Below, piece by piece: positions 28,849-39,444 of a stretch of DNA of 55,931 nucleotides. The number at the start of each line of letters is the position of its first letter. The stretch's first letter is position 1. Both the position numbers and the translations under genes were made by a program. The notes under the pieces are model-generated. The model saw only the letters and a list, made by a program, of their open reading frames with translations, searched no databases and had not been told where the DNA came from. Where the stretch lies: IMG/VR virus record IMGVR_UViG_3300037487_002061, positions 1 through 55,931 of that record; one strand, 5' to 3'. This DNA comes from a virus (Duplodnaviria; Caudoviricetes).

Positions 28849-29463
28849 ATGAAAATTATAGCTGTATCAGGTTTAGCTCGTTCTGGAAAAGATACTATTG
28901 CAAATAAATTGCAACAAGTAATCATTGAGAATAACCCAAATCTAAAAGTTTCAAGAGAAAGCTTTGCTTCATTTCTTAAAGACGAAATGAACGAATTTGT
29001 TCTATCTAAGTTCAATAAAAATATCTATGAGTTAGACGGCGAAGATAAAGAAATGTTACGTCCACTTTTAGTTTCTTATGGTTTTGCCAAAAGACAACAA
29101 ACAGAAGGAAGATATTTTGTAGAACTTCTTTCTAGAAAAATGAAAAACGAGAATAACGATGTTTGCATTATTTCTGACATAAGATACGCAGACAAAGAAA
29201 ACGATGAACTTTATTGGTTAAAAAACGAAGTCGAGGGAAAACTAATTCATGTTGAACGTTATTCTTTTGAAGACTTGCTTGAAACAAAGAAAATTTTTAT
29301 AAAACCGCCAAATGAAGATGAGGAAAGAAATGACCCAATTTTAAAATCAACTGCGAATTTTAAAATTTCTTGGCCATCAGCAAAAAATAATGAAGAACTT
29401 GATAGTATGGCTAGAAAATACTGCGAAGACTTTTACTATGATAACATATCATGCTTTATATAG
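28849..29463 (+). CDS. Deoxynucleotide monophosphate kinase-like P-loop protein
   Basis: SGLARSGKDT, SFA..LK, RPLL, IISDIRY..E. Confidence 0.8.
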   Translation: MKIIAVSGLARSGKDTIANKLQQVIIENNPNLKVSRESFASFLKDEMNEFVLSKFNKNIYELDGEDKEMLRPLLVSYGFAKRQQTEGRYFVELLSRKMKNENNDVCIISDIRYADKENDELYWLKNEVEGKLIHVERYSFEDLLETKKIFIKPPNEDEERNDPILKSTANFKISWPSAKNNEELDSMARKYCEDFYYDNISCFI

Positions 29464-30053
29464 ATCAAGCAACAGATACTTTATTAGTTAATAAAGTAAA
29501 AGAAGACAACGACGAGAAGGCTTTGGAAGAATTAATCGTTCGGCATTCTGGAATTTATGTCCATATGATTAAAAGATTTGGAGGCAAATCTTTGAATAAC
29601 ATTCAAATTAACGACATGCTTGATGACAAAAATTATCAAATTTATAAAGCAGCATTGGAATTTGATGACACCAAAAGCAAATTCTCCACATATTTAGCAA
29701 TCAAAACTAAATATTTGTGCTTGACTCACAAAACAAATAACAAGAAAAACTCTAATATATTTAATTTTGATGATTTTGAATTTAGCTTGGAAGATAAGGG
29801 TTACAATCCTAGCGAGACATTATCAAGAAATGAATTTCTATCAAAAATATTTAGCTTAATTGAGAACCATCAAGATTTACGAGTCAAAACAATCTTTAAA
29901 GAAAGATATTTTTCCAATACAAATGGGAAACTAAAAGCTTGGAAAGATATAGCTCAAAAAGTTGATTTATCAATTCAGGGTTGTATAAACATACATAACA
30001 AAACAGTCAAAGAATTTCAGGAAAAAATAACAGATGAACAGTTTACATTTTGA
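29451..30053 (+). CDS. Phage sigma70-family transcription factor
   Basis: ALEELI..H, AALEFD...SKFSTY (region 2); C-terminal HTH WKDIAQKVDLSIQG (region 4). Confidence 0.8.
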   Translation: MLYIDQATDTLLVNKVKEDNDEKALEELIVRHSGIYVHMIKRFGGKSLNNIQINDMLDDKNYQIYKAALEFDDTKSKFSTYLAIKTKYLCLTHKTNNKKNSNIFNFDDFEFSLEDKGYNPSETLSRNEFLSKIFSLIENHQDLRVKTIFKERYFSNTNGKLKAWKDIAQKVDLSIQGCINIHNKTVKEFQEKITDEQFTF

Positions 30054-31122
30054 AGGACCAATTAACCCCCTTAGTTTGGGTAATGTTTCGTATAATTTTT
30101 TAAGAGAATTATATAATAAAAATATTGATACAGCCATCTTCCCAGTTGGCAACCAAGCTAATTTCGAATCATACGATAAAGCAAAACCTGAATTTTTAGA
30201 ATGGATTAAAAAAAATGCATTTGATAGATTTAAGAAATTAAATAAAAATAACCCAACTTTAAAAGTTTGGCATATTAATGGTTCTGAATTAAGAATAGCT
30301 CCCGAACAATATCTTTATACTTTTTATGAAGTCGATTCTCCCACACAAGAAGAAATTGCCATTGTAAATAGTCAAGAACATGTTTTCTTTTCTTCTTCAG
30401 AATCTCATAAATTCTTTAAAGAAAAAGGATGCGAAAACACATCTTTTGTGCCTCTTGGATTTGATGAGGATTTTTTCGTAACAAATAAAAAATATTTAGG
30501 AGATGACGTTATTCATTTTGGCCTTATAGGAAAATTTGAAAAGCGAAAAAATACACAGGGGATAATTCAACTTTGGTTACAAAAATATGGAAACAACCCA
30601 AAATACCAATTAACTTGTTTAATTAATAATCCATTCTTTAAAGAAGAAGATTTTGTTGAAATAATGAAACAAACTACCTATGGCGCAAAATGGAAAAACT
30701 TAAATATTCTCCCATACTTAAAAACTAATTCCGAAGTAAACGAACTTTTAAACGCAATAGACATTGACTTATCGGGACTTTCAAATGGCGAGGGGTGGAA
30801 CCTGCCATCATTTAATGCTACGGCCTTGGGCAAATGGTCTATTGTTTCAAATTGCTCGTCCCATAAAGATTGGGCAACACAAGAAAATTCTGTTTTAATT
30901 AATCCCATTGAAAAACAGTCGTGTTATGATAACTTCTTCTTCAAAGAAGGAATGCCATTTAACCAAGGAAATTATTACAAGCTAGATAGCGAATCCATTA
31001 TTAATGGGTTTGAAAAAGCAGAAGTCTTAGCTAAAACAGTTAATGTCAACGGATTAAAACTCCAATCAGAATTTACATATTCCCATTCTATTAACAAAAT
31101 TCTTTCAACAATGTTTCAATAA
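30034..31122 (+). CDS. GT4 glycosyltransferase
   Basis: VPLG, GKFEKRK, EGWNLP. Confidence 0.82.
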   Translation: MNSLHFEGPINPLSLGNVSYNFLRELYNKNIDTAIFPVGNQANFESYDKAKPEFLEWIKKNAFDRFKKLNKNNPTLKVWHINGSELRIAPEQYLYTFYEVDSPTQEEIAIVNSQEHVFFSSSESHKFFKEKGCENTSFVPLGFDEDFFVTNKKYLGDDVIHFGLIGKFEKRKNTQGIIQLWLQKYGNNPKYQLTCLINNPFFKEEDFVEIMKQTTYGAKWKNLNILPYLKTNSEVNELLNAIDIDLSGLSNGEGWNLPSFNATALGKWSIVSNCSSHKDWATQENSVLINPIEKQSCYDNFFFKEGMPFNQGNYYKLDSESIINGFEKAEVLAKTVNVNGLKLQSEFTYSHSINKILSTMFQ

Positions 31123-31499
31123 TGCCTATTTATATTTATAAGCACCCAGAAGAAGAAACCTATAAGGAAATCCTTCAAACAATGAATGATGCCCATATTT
31201 ATTCTGAAGATGGAGTTGAGTGGAAAAGAGTATTCACTGTTCCACAAGCATCAATTGATACTAAAATTAATCCATTTTCATCAAAAGAATTTGTTCAAAA
31301 GACAGGAAACAAAAAGGGTACATTTGGAGACATGATGGATTACTCTGCCGAAATGTCAAGAAAAAGGGAAGAAAAAGTTGGAACTGACGATCCAGTTAAA
31401 AGAAAATTCTTTGACGACTATACAAAGAAAAATAAAGTTAAACATGTTCAAGATAAACCAAAGGTTATTGAAAATAAAAACTTTAAAATTGAACTGTAA
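31122..31499 (+). CDS. FmdB-like small protein lacking zinc cysteines
   Basis: MPIYIY...E..Q.M...WKRVFT.P pattern. Confidence 0.5.
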   Translation: MPIYIYKHPEEETYKEILQTMNDAHIYSEDGVEWKRVFTVPQASIDTKINPFSSKEFVQKTGNKKGTFGDMMDYSAEMSRKREEKVGTDDPVKRKFFDDYTKKNKVKHVQDKPKVIENKNFKIEL

Positions 31500-32921
31500 T
31501 TAGTAAATATCTGCTATTTTAATAACGCACAAATTACTTGATGGAGTTGAACTATTTTGAAATACTGCGGTAAAACTACCCGTTGAAGAAATTCCTGACA
31601 AATTAAATTGAGTTCCTACATATCCAGTTGCAATTGTAGAAAAATTTTGAGAAATCATTCCAGTATTGCCCAAACCTATAATTATTCTTTGAGAATATAG
31701 TTTTTGATTTCCAGTGTAAAGAAATAAATCGCAATATCTTGGATCGAGTAAATCATCGTTGTTATGGCTTAAATTAATTGTCGCATTAATTAAATACATT
31801 CCAGAATCTGGAAGGGCATCACTTGAGATTAGTAATGTTGAACCCGTAAGAATTGCAGTATTAGCAGTTAAAAATTTATTTTGATAAATACTTCCAGTTT
31901 GAATCTTTGCGCCATTAACAGTTGGTGTAGAGGTAAATCTTTTACTTCCTCCAACAGTTTGGCTTCCAGTAGTCATTAAAAATTCACAATTTCCGCTCAT
32001 CTCTGGAACATTGTAAATCCTATTTGAGCTAGGAATAGAATTTGTTATTGAAATTGTATTGGAACCCGTGTTTCCCAAAAATATACCATTAGCAATTGGG
32101 GGCGATGTAAATGTTTTAATTCCACCAACAGTTTGGCTTCCAGTAGTCATTAAAAATTGACAATTTCCGCCAACATCTGGGATATTGTAAATCTTGTTTG
32201 AAGTTGGAGCAGAGTTAGTTATTGTAACTGTATTAGAAGCTCCACTTCCTAAAATTATTTTATCGAGACCAGCATTTAAAATACTTATAGAATTATTAAA
32301 ACTTGAAATTCCACTTACATCTCCTAAAAACGTTGCGTCCCCAGAAAAAATAGCCGAAGCATTTGAATGTAAAAGTAAATTTGAACTAGCATTTAATAAT
32401 AAATTATTATTTACTTCAACATTTCCTTTAAAATCTGTTCCGTTTGTAAAAGACACATAAAATTTATTATTTGTAGTAGCTATAGTCGAAGTATTTGAAA
32501 AATCAGATATAATCGCCGAACCAGAAATATTGGCATTTGTAGAATTCCCTTTCCCAGCCAAAACCGTACAAAATTTAGAAGTAGAATTAAATATACTTGA
32601 AAGAGAATTTAAATCTAAATTGTTTTTTCCATTTACAATAGAACCAGTAGAATTAATAATAGCATTACCTGTCCCAGCGGAAATCGTATTGGATTTACCT
32701 CCTAGAATTACATTATTCGTTGCAGTATAAGAATTTGTATTATCTGTTAAATATAAATTTGAACCATTTATAATTAAACTACCAGTAATATTAAAATTCC
32801 CAGTAAGGTTATTGCTCAAATTCCCATAAATATAGTTTGATCCTTTGGTGAAGGAGATACTTCCGCTTGGGCTAGAAAAAGTATGAATTTCAATTTGTTC
32901 TGGTTGAATTTTATTGTACAT
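31500..32921 (-). CDS. Tail-fibre-like protein with a 58-aa tandem duplication
   Basis: Gly/Ser/Asn/Thr-rich, ILGG..N beta-roll stretches, two FLMTTGSQTVGG.K.FTS units. Confidence 0.7.
   Translation of the reverse strand: MYNKIQPEQIEIHTFSSPSGSISFTKGSNYIYGNLSNNLTGNFNITGSLIINGSNLYLTDNTNSYTATNNVILGGKSNTISAGTGNAIINSTGSIVNGKNNLDLNSLSSIFNSTSKFCTVLAGKGNSTNANISGSAIISDFSNTSTIATTNNKFYVSFTNGTDFKGNVEVNNNLLLNASSNLLLHSNASAIFSGDATFLGDVSGISSFNNSISILNAGLDKIILGSGASNTVTITNSAPTSNKIYNIPDVGGNCQFLMTTGSQTVGGIKTFTSPPIANGIFLGNTGSNTISITNSIPSSNRIYNVPEMSGNCEFLMTTGSQTVGGSKRFTSTPTVNGAKIQTGSIYQNKFLTANTAILTGSTLLISSDALPDSGMYLINATINLSHNNDDLLDPRYCDLFLYTGNQKLYSQRIIIGLGNTGMISQNFSTIATGYVGTQFNLSGISSTGSFTAVFQNSSTPSSNLCVIKIADIY
31951..32158. 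repeat. 174-bp-period duplication within the fibre gene
   Basis: An identical 34-nt core CCAACAGTTTGGCTTCCAGTAGTCATTAAAAATT starts at 31951 and 32125. Confidence 0.85.
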
Positions 32922-32962
32922 TCTTTACTATAGGTTATCAATTAAAAATTACACTATTTCAA

Positions 32963-33541
32963 ATGAAATTCACTCTATATAAACCAAATTCAAAAAATAC
33001 AGGAGCAGCATTTAGTTTCGAAGCTGGAAAATCTAAAAACGGAGACATAGCCCTTTATGTTTCAATGATCCAACAATATGGTTGGAATGATGTCACAAAA
33101 AACGGCTCCTTTAAAGAAAACGCCAAAAATCCAGAAAAATCCGCTTCTATTAAGCTATCAGTAATTGAAGCAGGAGAGTTCCTATCTTCTTTTAAGACAA
33201 GAATTCCATATGTGGCTTTCCACAAGTCTAAAGACGATACTACTATCATTAAATTGACTCCGTGGGACAAGGTGAAGAAGGTAAAAGAACAAGATGGAGA
33301 AAAATCATACACAACTCCAGCATTTGGACTTAATGTTTCTAGAAATTCAAATCAAACATTCCGCATTCCCTTGGAAGCTGGAGAAACAGAGGTTCTTGCT
33401 CAATTTTTAGAAAATTATATCAAGTCTTCTTTTGATTTTGTCAAACGAGAACAAGAATCGATGTATTCTGGAAATAATACTCCTAAAAAAGAATATGTTA
33501 AAAAGCCTCAAGCTGAATCCGAAGAAGATGCCCCATTCTAA
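32963..33541 (+). CDS. Putative single-stranded DNA-binding protein
   Basis: Beta-rich core and an acidic tail ending EEDAPF, like SSB C-termini. Confidence 0.55.
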   Translation: MKFTLYKPNSKNTGAAFSFEAGKSKNGDIALYVSMIQQYGWNDVTKNGSFKENAKNPEKSASIKLSVIEAGEFLSSFKTRIPYVAFHKSKDDTTIIKLTPWDKVKKVKEQDGEKSYTTPAFGLNVSRNSNQTFRIPLEAGETEVLAQFLENYIKSSFDFVKREQESMYSGNNTPKKEYVKKPQAESEEDAPF

Positions 33542-35261
33542 AATAAAAGTTTTATTTCATTCTAATTACAGTAGAATGATTACTGGTTTTGGAAAAAATG
33601 TAAAGAATCTTTTGTTAGCTCTTCATAATGATCCAGATATTGAGGTAATCGAAGCTGCAAACGGGATTCCATATGGAGTAGATGCTAAAACTCCTTGGAA
33701 GTGTTATGGAACAGCTCCATCAGACCAAAACACAATTAACGAAATTGGTGGAGATGGATATAAACAAAGAATGGCTTCTTATGGAGAATATACTATTGAT
33801 AAAATTATTGAAGATTGTCAACCAGATATCTATCTAGGAATAGAAGATATTTGGGCGTTCAAAGATTTTGACAAAAAGCCTTGGTGGAATAAATTAAAAA
33901 CTATAATTTGGACAACGCTTGACAGCGTACCTATTTTAGAAGATGCATTCGAAATAGCCCCGAAATGCGATAAGTTTCTTGTATGGGCTTCTTTTGCAGA
34001 AGAAGAAATGAAAAAAGCTGGTTTTGAAAACGTGGAAACAATTCACGGAGCAATTGATTATTCAAATTTTAACCCTTTGAATAATAGACATGAAATAAGA
34101 AAAAAATTCAATCTTGAAGATAGTTTCGTTACTGGTTTTGTTTTTAAAAATCAGTTAAGAAAATCGGTTCCAAATCTTTTGGAAGGGTTTAAAATCTTTA
34201 AACAAAAAAATCCTAATTCAAATTTAAAGTTATTGCTTCATACAGATTGGTCTGAAATTAATCAAGGTTGGGATATACCAAGATATATAAAAGAAAAACA
34301 AATAAATGAAGATGATATTTTAGCTTCATATATTTGTCATCAATGTGGAGATTACTTTATTCATAAATATATTGGAGAAAAAAAAGATTGTATCTCTTGT
34401 GGAGCTAAAGAAAAAGTCCATACTAAAAACAGTGGTGTTGGAGTCTCTGAAATTCAACTGAATGAAATCTATTCATGTATGGATGTATATTGTCATCCAT
34501 TTACAAGCGGTGGACAAGAACTCCCAATTCAAGAAGCAAAAGCCGCTGGGCTAATTACATTAGTTACAGAGTATTCATGTGGAACTGATTCTTGTTACGA
34601 GTATCAAGGAGGAATTCCTCTCAAATGGAATGAATATAGGGAACCACAAACTCAATTTATTAAAGCAACAACTTGTGTCAAAGATATTGCCGACAAACTT
34701 AATTTTGTTTTCAATATGAACGTATCGGAAAAACAATCATTAATTAAAAATGGTAAAAACTGGGTAGAAAAAGAATTCTCTGTTCAAAAAATCAAAAGTA
34801 ACTTAAAAGAAATTTTTATTGATTTAAAAAATAAAAACAAAGAGGCTGACATCAATGATGAGAAAAAAAATGAAAAAACAATTTCATTTGAAAGTCTTTT
34901 AGATAAAAATCAAGAAGATAGAATTTTAATTGTTATTCCAGAATCTGCTGGAGATGTATTTATGTTAACTTCATTATTGCCCTCCATAAAAGAAGCTTAT
35001 CCAGAAAAAGACCTTTACTTCGCAACCAAAAAAGAGTTTTTTCCTATTTTAGATTTAAATGAATTTATATACAAAGTCATAGAATACGATCCATTTATGG
35101 AAAACCTCGTAATGATGGAAGGAAGATCTGATCATCAAGGATATTTTGAAATATGTTTTCTACCACATATTGGCACTCAAAGACAATTAGATTATTTACA
35201 TCACGGAAATAAAGACAAAATCATGTTTGAAATTCATTCAAATAACTATAATAAATATTAA
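33528..35261 (+). CDS. GT4 glycosyltransferase with a zinc-ribbon insert and a GT9-like C-terminal domain
   Basis: TGFG, NQLRK, CHQC...CISC, GGQELPIQEA, then ILIVIPESAGDV. Likely ATG at 33528. Confidence 0.8.
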   Translation: MPHSKIKVLFHSNYSRMITGFGKNVKNLLLALHNDPDIEVIEAANGIPYGVDAKTPWKCYGTAPSDQNTINEIGGDGYKQRMASYGEYTIDKIIEDCQPDIYLGIEDIWAFKDFDKKPWWNKLKTIIWTTLDSVPILEDAFEIAPKCDKFLVWASFAEEEMKKAGFENVETIHGAIDYSNFNPLNNRHEIRKKFNLEDSFVTGFVFKNQLRKSVPNLLEGFKIFKQKNPNSNLKLLLHTDWSEINQGWDIPRYIKEKQINEDDILASYICHQCGDYFIHKYIGEKKDCISCGAKEKVHTKNSGVGVSEIQLNEIYSCMDVYCHPFTSGGQELPIQEAKAAGLITLVTEYSCGTDSCYEYQGGIPLKWNEYREPQTQFIKATTCVKDIADKLNFVFNMNVSEKQSLIKNGKNWVEKEFSVQKIKSNLKEIFIDLKNKNKEADINDEKKNEKTISFESLLDKNQEDRILIVIPESAGDVFMLTSLLPSIKEAYPEKDLYFATKKEFFPILDLNEFIYKVIEYDPFMENLVMMEGRSDHQGYFEICFLPHIGTQRQLDYLHHGNKDKIMFEIHSNNYNKY

Positions 35262-35262
35262 A

Positions 35263-36399
35263 ATGCATTTAATACAAAGATATTCATTATCAACTGGATT
35301 AAAAATTAATAATCCATCAATTTCAGAACAATTTTTTCCAATCTCTGCTGATAAATTTGTATGTTTTCACACATCAGCAAAAGATAATTTAAGAGATTAT
35401 GATTATTGGAACGAAGTTAAATTTATTCTAGATCCCATTTTAAATAAATATGGATATAAAACAATTCAGATTGGGTTTGGAAAAGATCCAACTGCAAATT
35501 GCGACATAGATTTAAGGGACAAAACTTCTATTCGTCAAATGGCTTACATTGTAAAAAAATGTAATTTATTTCTTGGGGTAGATTCATTCCCAGCTCATTT
35601 GGCTGGATTCTTTAAAAGAAAAATGGTTTCAATTTACTCTAATTCTTTTATGGAATGTGTCAGACCTTATTGGGGAGAAAGAGAAGATCAAATTTTAATA
35701 GAAACTCATAGAGCAGACAAAGAAAAACCATCTTTTTCATTTAATGAAAATCCAAAAACTGTTAATAGAATAAAACCAGAAGAAATTGCAATTGCTGCAT
35801 TGAAATTACTTAATCTTCCTAGTGAAAAAATTAATTTTAAAACAATAAATATTGGCGCAAGATATAAGCAAGAGTGCATAGAAGTAATTTTGTCCAATGA
35901 AAAATGCAACTTAATATCTAATTTTATGAATGTAAGAATGGATATTAATCATGACGAGCAAGCACTATATCATATTCTTGTAAACAATAATGCCGAAGTA
36001 ACATTAACAAAACCAATTGACGATGAACTTTTATTTTCAAAAAAAATCACAGCTATTAATTATGTTACCGAAGAATTTGATATAGAATTTGTTAAAAAAA
36101 TTAAAAAATCTGGAGTTAATCACACATTGCTTTGCACTTCAAAAGAAAAACTTGCTCAACAAAGATTTAATTTATTTGATTTTACAATTCATTTATTTGA
36201 AATAAATGAAATAATCAAAACAAACAAAGAAAAACTACCTAATCTTGATTTAGAAAAAACAAAAGTTCAATCAAATAAAAAAATAATTTGCGGTAATAAA
36301 GTCTACGAGACATGCTATGATTTCAATAACAGGAGAAATGAAGATGATTTTTTTCTTGACTTAGATTGGTATTATTTGTATAATAACCAACATGAATAA
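35263..36399 (+). CDS. GT9 (heptosyltransferase-like) glycosyltransferase
   Basis: IQIG, DLRDKT, FLGVDSFPAHLA. Likely ATG at 35263. Confidence 0.78.
   Translation: MHLIQRYSLSTGLKINNPSISEQFFPISADKFVCFHTSAKDNLRDYDYWNEVKFILDPILNKYGYKTIQIGFGKDPTANCDIDLRDKTSIRQMAYIVKKCNLFLGVDSFPAHLAGFFKRKMVSIYSNSFMECVRPYWGEREDQILIETHRADKEKPSFSFNENPKTVNRIKPEEIAIAALKLLNLPSEKINFKTINIGARYKQECIEVILSNEKCNLISNFMNVRMDINHDEQALYHILVNNNAEVTLTKPIDDELLFSKKITAINYVTEEFDIEFVKKIKKSGVNHTLLCTSKEKLAQQRFNLFDFTIHLFEINEIIKTNKEKLPNLDLEKTKVQSNKKIICGNKVYETCYDFNNRRNEDDFFLDLDWYYLYNNQHE
36356..36384 (+). promoter_or_regulatory. Consensus sigma70 promoter
   Basis: TTGACT-N17-TATAAT, 7 nt before ATG 36392. Confidence 0.8.
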
Positions 36400-37171
36400 A
36401 CAAGACTCTTCAATTCCTCCATTAGAAAAATATGCTCGCAATGAGCATGGGCTTATTAAATCTGTAGAGTATACATATTCTGAAGATGGCTCTATTGACT
36501 GGAGAGCAATGATTAAACCAGAATTCCTTTACGCAAATAAAGGATGGTTTGAATCTCGTAATAAACCAGTGCCAACTTCAATTGAAGGACTAACTGATAA
36601 GCAATTATTAATTATGCTTGGAGGCATCAAAGAACTTGCGAAACTTCGTGGATTTCATTCTGTTACTTATGACATTAAACATGTTAACGAAAATTATGTC
36701 ATAGCTAAGTGCAAAATTTCTTGGATTAATAATTATGAAAGTGCTAACAATTATGATTATCATACCGTAGTTTACGAAGATGTAGCTAATGCTACACTCG
36801 CTAATACAGATGATTTCTGCGTTAAATTCCTTGAGACGATTGCATGTAATCGGGCATTTGTTCGTTGCGTAAGAAACTTTTTAGGAATTCATATTGTCGG
36901 GGCAGACGAAATTGATAGATCAAACAATAATTCATTCTCCTTTGAATCGCCAGAAGACACAGATGATCTTTCTGTCTTAAAGCCAAGTGGTCTTTTAGAA
37001 AAAATTGTTTCTGAGAAAGGGATAAAATCTTTTGATGATTTTAAGACTTGGTTAAGAGATCAATGGTTAACCAATACATATAGGAACGAAGAGGCTAAAA
37101 ATTGGAACAACTACAAAGATGTCCCAGCTAAAGATTGCCGCAAATTAATTACTATTCTTAAAAAGAATTAA
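36392..37171 (+). CDS. Putative Rad52/Sak-like single-strand annealing protein
   Basis: GGIKELAKLRG...A.A...ETIACNRAFVRCVRNFLGI resembles the core helix of single-strand annealing proteins. Confidence 0.5.
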   Translation: MNKQDSSIPPLEKYARNEHGLIKSVEYTYSEDGSIDWRAMIKPEFLYANKGWFESRNKPVPTSIEGLTDKQLLIMLGGIKELAKLRGFHSVTYDIKHVNENYVIAKCKISWINNYESANNYDYHTVVYEDVANATLANTDDFCVKFLETIACNRAFVRCVRNFLGIHIVGADEIDRSNNNSFSFESPEDTDDLSVLKPSGLLEKIVSEKGIKSFDDFKTWLRDQWLTNTYRNEEAKNWNNYKDVPAKDCRKLITILKKN

Positions 37172-39444
37172 TTTAACTTAAGGAAATTTTTAACTCCAGC
37201 GGTCATTTTCTTAGAATTAATTGTAGCATTAATTGACATGCCTTCAGACAATATTATAGATTGATCTGGAGGCAGAAAAGCTTTATTACTCTTTGTAATA
37301 GTTGTCGATACACCGTCACTACCAACAGATATCGAAACTGAATCAATTGAAATGTCCAACTTAGGTATTCTGAAATCATAATAAGTAACAGAAGACGACT
37401 TTAACGCCAAAGTAGATGACGTTAAACTAGCAGAATTCGAAAGAATTTCCGCCTCCGCTGCATTTCCAGAAAATGATTTTACTTCACTTTTAGAAAAGTC
37501 GTCTACACTTTGACTTTTTACAGCAAAAAATGTTTGTTCATAAGCTGGGTTCTCTTGATCTTCTTCATTGTCTGGGGCGTTTTCATTGTCTTCTCCATAT
37601 TTTCTAATTGCCGAAACTAATATTTTATTTACAAGATTGTTTTTAGCTATTTTATATTGGCCTTGAGAATTTCTTATTATCTTTGCAATGGAACTTGCTG
37701 TAGTTGGTGGGGATTTTATTGCCATATATGATTGGGCTTTATCATTAGTAAATCCTAAGACACATGAGTCTAAAAAAGAAAAATCTTCTTCATTTTCGGG
37801 AACTATCTCGCTAGCTTTTTGGGCCACCCAATAAATATCGCCAGCCCTAGTTCCAGCTTTTACTGCAAGCTGAGACATAGTTGGAAGAGTAAGGCCACAG
37901 GCGGCTATAAATTTAGCTAAATCAGAAAATAAATCTACCTCTTTTATTGACTTATTTCCGTCGAATGGTCCAGCAACAGTCACGGCACTATCCACAAATG
38001 TTAAAACATTTTTATAAGATTTTGCATATCCATTTGAAATAAAAGTTGATGACACATATTTAAAATAAAGAGATATAATAGAATAAATAAGATTTTCAGA
38101 GGGTTTTTGAGTTATACTAGTATTATCCTCGTTCATCATTGACAAATACCTTGAGCCTGTTTCAATATTACTTTTTTTAGTTGCTTTTTCATAATCTGAT
38201 AATAAATTTGCAGAAACTATATCTTTTAATGCTTTGGAAGTACCAGCCTCAAATACCTCATCGCTATAAACTGGAGATAAATCTAAGGAAGTAGCGTGTA
38301 AAAATAAATAAACTAACTTGTCAAAGTTATCCGCACTGTTTGCATAGTTCGTTGAAAAAAATGTGAAAAATCCAGACAATTCGTTTTCAGTTAAAGACTT
38401 ATTACCTGCTGCGGTAAAAAGATCGCCCAATAAAAGTCTTTTAAAAACTTTTCTATTAGCTTGAGGACCTATTTCCATTGAAGACCCTTTACCACTATTA
38501 TTATTTTCTGGATTAGTCGTTCCAATAAAAGAACAGACCATTCTTGGACTGCTTCCACCATTAGTAAAAGTTGCTGATAAAATAGCAGTATCTGTAGATT
38601 TAGTTTCATCAACGATTTGAATTGAATTAGCTATTTGAGAACTAACTAATATTATTGATTTGCCTTCCACATACCAATAATATCCATAAAAAGAAAGAAT
38701 AGAGGAAAGACAAGATCTCACCGTGCCAGAAACATCAAATAAATTATCTTTAAAAGCTGGAATACCTTTAACATTTAAACCAATTGAAGCAACAGCGCTA
38801 AAAAATTCTTTTGCCGTATATCCATATTTTATTGTTGCATCGCTATAAACTGCTTTCCACTCGCCCCCCATTGAAAGTGTCGGTATTTTTACGCCATTTT
38901 TATAAACATGAAATATTTTTTCATTTTGCAATGTATTTTGATTTTTTATAGTAGAAACTGCGGAATAAGTAGTACCCAAAACAATAATACGTTTACTACT
39001 GTCTGAATACGAGCCTTCCGCAGTTTTATTCATATCGTTTGGGCGCTGATCTCTATAAAAAGCTGAATTTGGAAATTCTGTAGATTGATATAGTTTTCCT
39101 TTATAGTTATAAGCATTAACTCCATCTCCAACTGGAGAAGCGGAAGAACCCCTAGTTAAAACAACCCAACTATCTAATGATTGAGACAATTTATCAATAT
39201 ATTTATATTGTTTTTTTATTCCATAAGCATCTTTTGTTGTAGACTCCTCTTGTAAAACAAAATCTTGTAAGAGTGCATCAATTTGAGCTTTAGTAAAAGT
39301 AGATCTTTTGCCAATTTTTCCACTTACAGAACCAAGCCCTCCATCTCCGCAAACTCCTTGGGTCTCAGATGTTGATACAGTGGCAACATGTGATCCTCCA
39401 CTTGTTGAAAAATTTACCTCTACTCCCGTAACTACTTCGCTCAT
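37168..39444 (-). CDS. Tail tip/baseplate hub-like protein
   Basis: 758 aa downstream of the tape measure gene; LSSILSFYGYYWYVEG hub-like segment. Confidence 0.55.
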   Translation of the reverse strand: MSEVVTGVEVNFSTSGGSHVATVSTSETQGVCGDGGLGSVSGKIGKRSTFTKAQIDALLQDFVLQEESTTKDAYGIKKQYKYIDKLSQSLDSWVVLTRGSSASPVGDGVNAYNYKGKLYQSTEFPNSAFYRDQRPNDMNKTAEGSYSDSSKRIIVLGTTYSAVSTIKNQNTLQNEKIFHVYKNGVKIPTLSMGGEWKAVYSDATIKYGYTAKEFFSAVASIGLNVKGIPAFKDNLFDVSGTVRSCLSSILSFYGYYWYVEGKSIILVSSQIANSIQIVDETKSTDTAILSATFTNGGSSPRMVCSFIGTTNPENNNSGKGSSMEIGPQANRKVFKRLLLGDLFTAAGNKSLTENELSGFFTFFSTNYANSADNFDKLVYLFLHATSLDLSPVYSDEVFEAGTSKALKDIVSANLLSDYEKATKKSNIETGSRYLSMMNEDNTSITQKPSENLIYSIISLYFKYVSSTFISNGYAKSYKNVLTFVDSAVTVAGPFDGNKSIKEVDLFSDLAKFIAACGLTLPTMSQLAVKAGTRAGDIYWVAQKASEIVPENEEDFSFLDSCVLGFTNDKAQSYMAIKSPPTTASSIAKIIRNSQGQYKIAKNNLVNKILVSAIRKYGEDNENAPDNEEDQENPAYEQTFFAVKSQSVDDFSKSEVKSFSGNAAEAEILSNSASLTSSTLALKSSSVTYYDFRIPKLDISIDSVSISVGSDGVSTTITKSNKAFLPPDQSIILSEGMSINATINSKKMTAGVKNFLKLN

